A DNA stretch of 64,000 nt from Moniliella sp. 'wahieum'. Taxonomy: Eukaryota. The notes below the pieces were generated by a model. The model did no database searches and was not told the DNA's origin. It saw only the letters and a program-made list of their open reading frames with translations. The DNA is taken from positions 1 through 64,000 of the forward strand of contig RSEE01000007.1 of the NCBI GenBank assembly GCA_003971905.1, written 5' to 3'. This document shows positions 63,055 through 64,000 of the stretch, in pieces. How positions within the stretch are numbered: the first letter of the stretch is position 1; each line of letters begins with the position of its first letter. Position numbers and translations under genes: made by a program.

Positions 63055-64000
63055 AGAGCTTGAGGCCTGGCTTCGAGATTGAGAGAGGACTCAGAGTACT
63101 GAGGCCGAGTACTGGCGGTACTGAGTACTGACGCCTTGAGCGAGCCTTCGGTGGCCGCATCCATTAGTCAGTGGCGACAAGGAGCCACAGAGGTGCCACC
63201 CTCAGGCCTCAACGTCCTCGTCGTTGCAGCCGCCAAGCCCCAGACCCTGTGGGGCGTGGCCACACTGGTGGGGGCAAACGCCGACCTGCGCCCGCTCGTG
63301 GAGCTTGGTGGAGCGCATCCTGCATCCAGGCCGGCGTATACACCCCGATCGCAATATTACACGCTTCAAATCTCAGATTCCAGATCTCACATTTCACGCC
63401 TCACAGCCTTCGCAGAAGCCTCTGTCGCACATCGACCCTCTGTATGTATCGACCCTCTGTATGTATCGACATGAGTGCAACATAGTCCGCGGAGCCGACG
63501 CCGGCGGCTTCAAGAAACTGAAAAGGCTCAGGCGCTCAGGCAAAACCTTGGCAACCTCCTGCTTCAACGTTCAACCCCGCCGATCCAGTACGTATATTAT
63601 TCCGTACTTCGCCCAGGTGGGGATCCAGACAGAGAGTATAATACAGCCCGTTACTAGTTACTCGGAGAGGCTCAGCGAGACTAGGCGGCTCAGCAGCTCA
63701 GCACCCCCTGCGCCTGAGAGGACCTGAGGATCTCAACGAGTAGTACGTAGTACTGGGCCTCAGGGCCTCAGGGGCTCGGGGCTTGGGGTAGAGTTGTGAC
63801 CGGTGTGACCTGAGGCTTCAAGCTTCACTAGCTTCACTGAGGTACTGAGGACTCGCCTGGGCGGCATGAAGCTTGAAGCTTCAAGATGAAGCTTGAAGTT
63901 TGAAGCTTGAAGCTTGAAGAGCTTGAAGCCTCGTGGCGCGTGACGCGTGACTAGCATAGATCGGATCATCGATCATCGATCATCAGGATCGATCATCTCG
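63055..64000. repeat. Heptad TNA-palindrome patch 6 (runs off the window end)
   Basis: TGA(GTAC)TGA near 63122-63131; TCA(AGCT)TCA near 63818; TGA(AGCT)TGA runs 63867-63925; TGA-CGCG-TGA-CTAG 63941-63954; TCA(TCGA)TCA x2 63966-63982. Confidence 0.9.
63431..63470. repeat. 17-bp tandem duplication ATCGACCCTCTGTATGT x2.3
   Basis: Direct reading. Confidence 0.9.

Overview
Eukaryotic, GC-rich, intron-poor fungal DNA, most consistent with a basidiomycete yeast or smut-like fungus (GT..CTRAC..YAG introns, intron-containing tRNA, DUF6534-type membrane protein). It probably starts at or near a chromosome end: a 30-bp telomere-variant array at ~98-306 followed by a subtelomeric direct repeat. About 20 conserved genes are recognisable: aldo-keto reductase, SNAPC1-like, ERG3, BolA, MedA, mitochondrial L36, RPA2, RSM22, NAD carrier, VDAC, URA4, UTP21, an Mkk-type MAPKK, a Skn7-type HSF factor, tRNA-Ala(CGC), PRA1/YIP3, a PHD protein, DOM34, GPI11 and PKR1. 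Most coding genes, including essential ones, are broken by 1-nt frameshifts. I read this as uncorrected long-read error rather than pseudogenisation, so CDS bounds are approximate. Two pol-less gag-like ORFs are present. The most unusual signal is non-coding: several intergenic patches follow a 7-bp rule, TNA + 4-bp palindrome + the same TNA. All 12 G/C-containing 4-bp palindromes occur, and different palindromes are sometimes chained on one TNA. All protein assignments are by-eye motif recognition; no searches were run.
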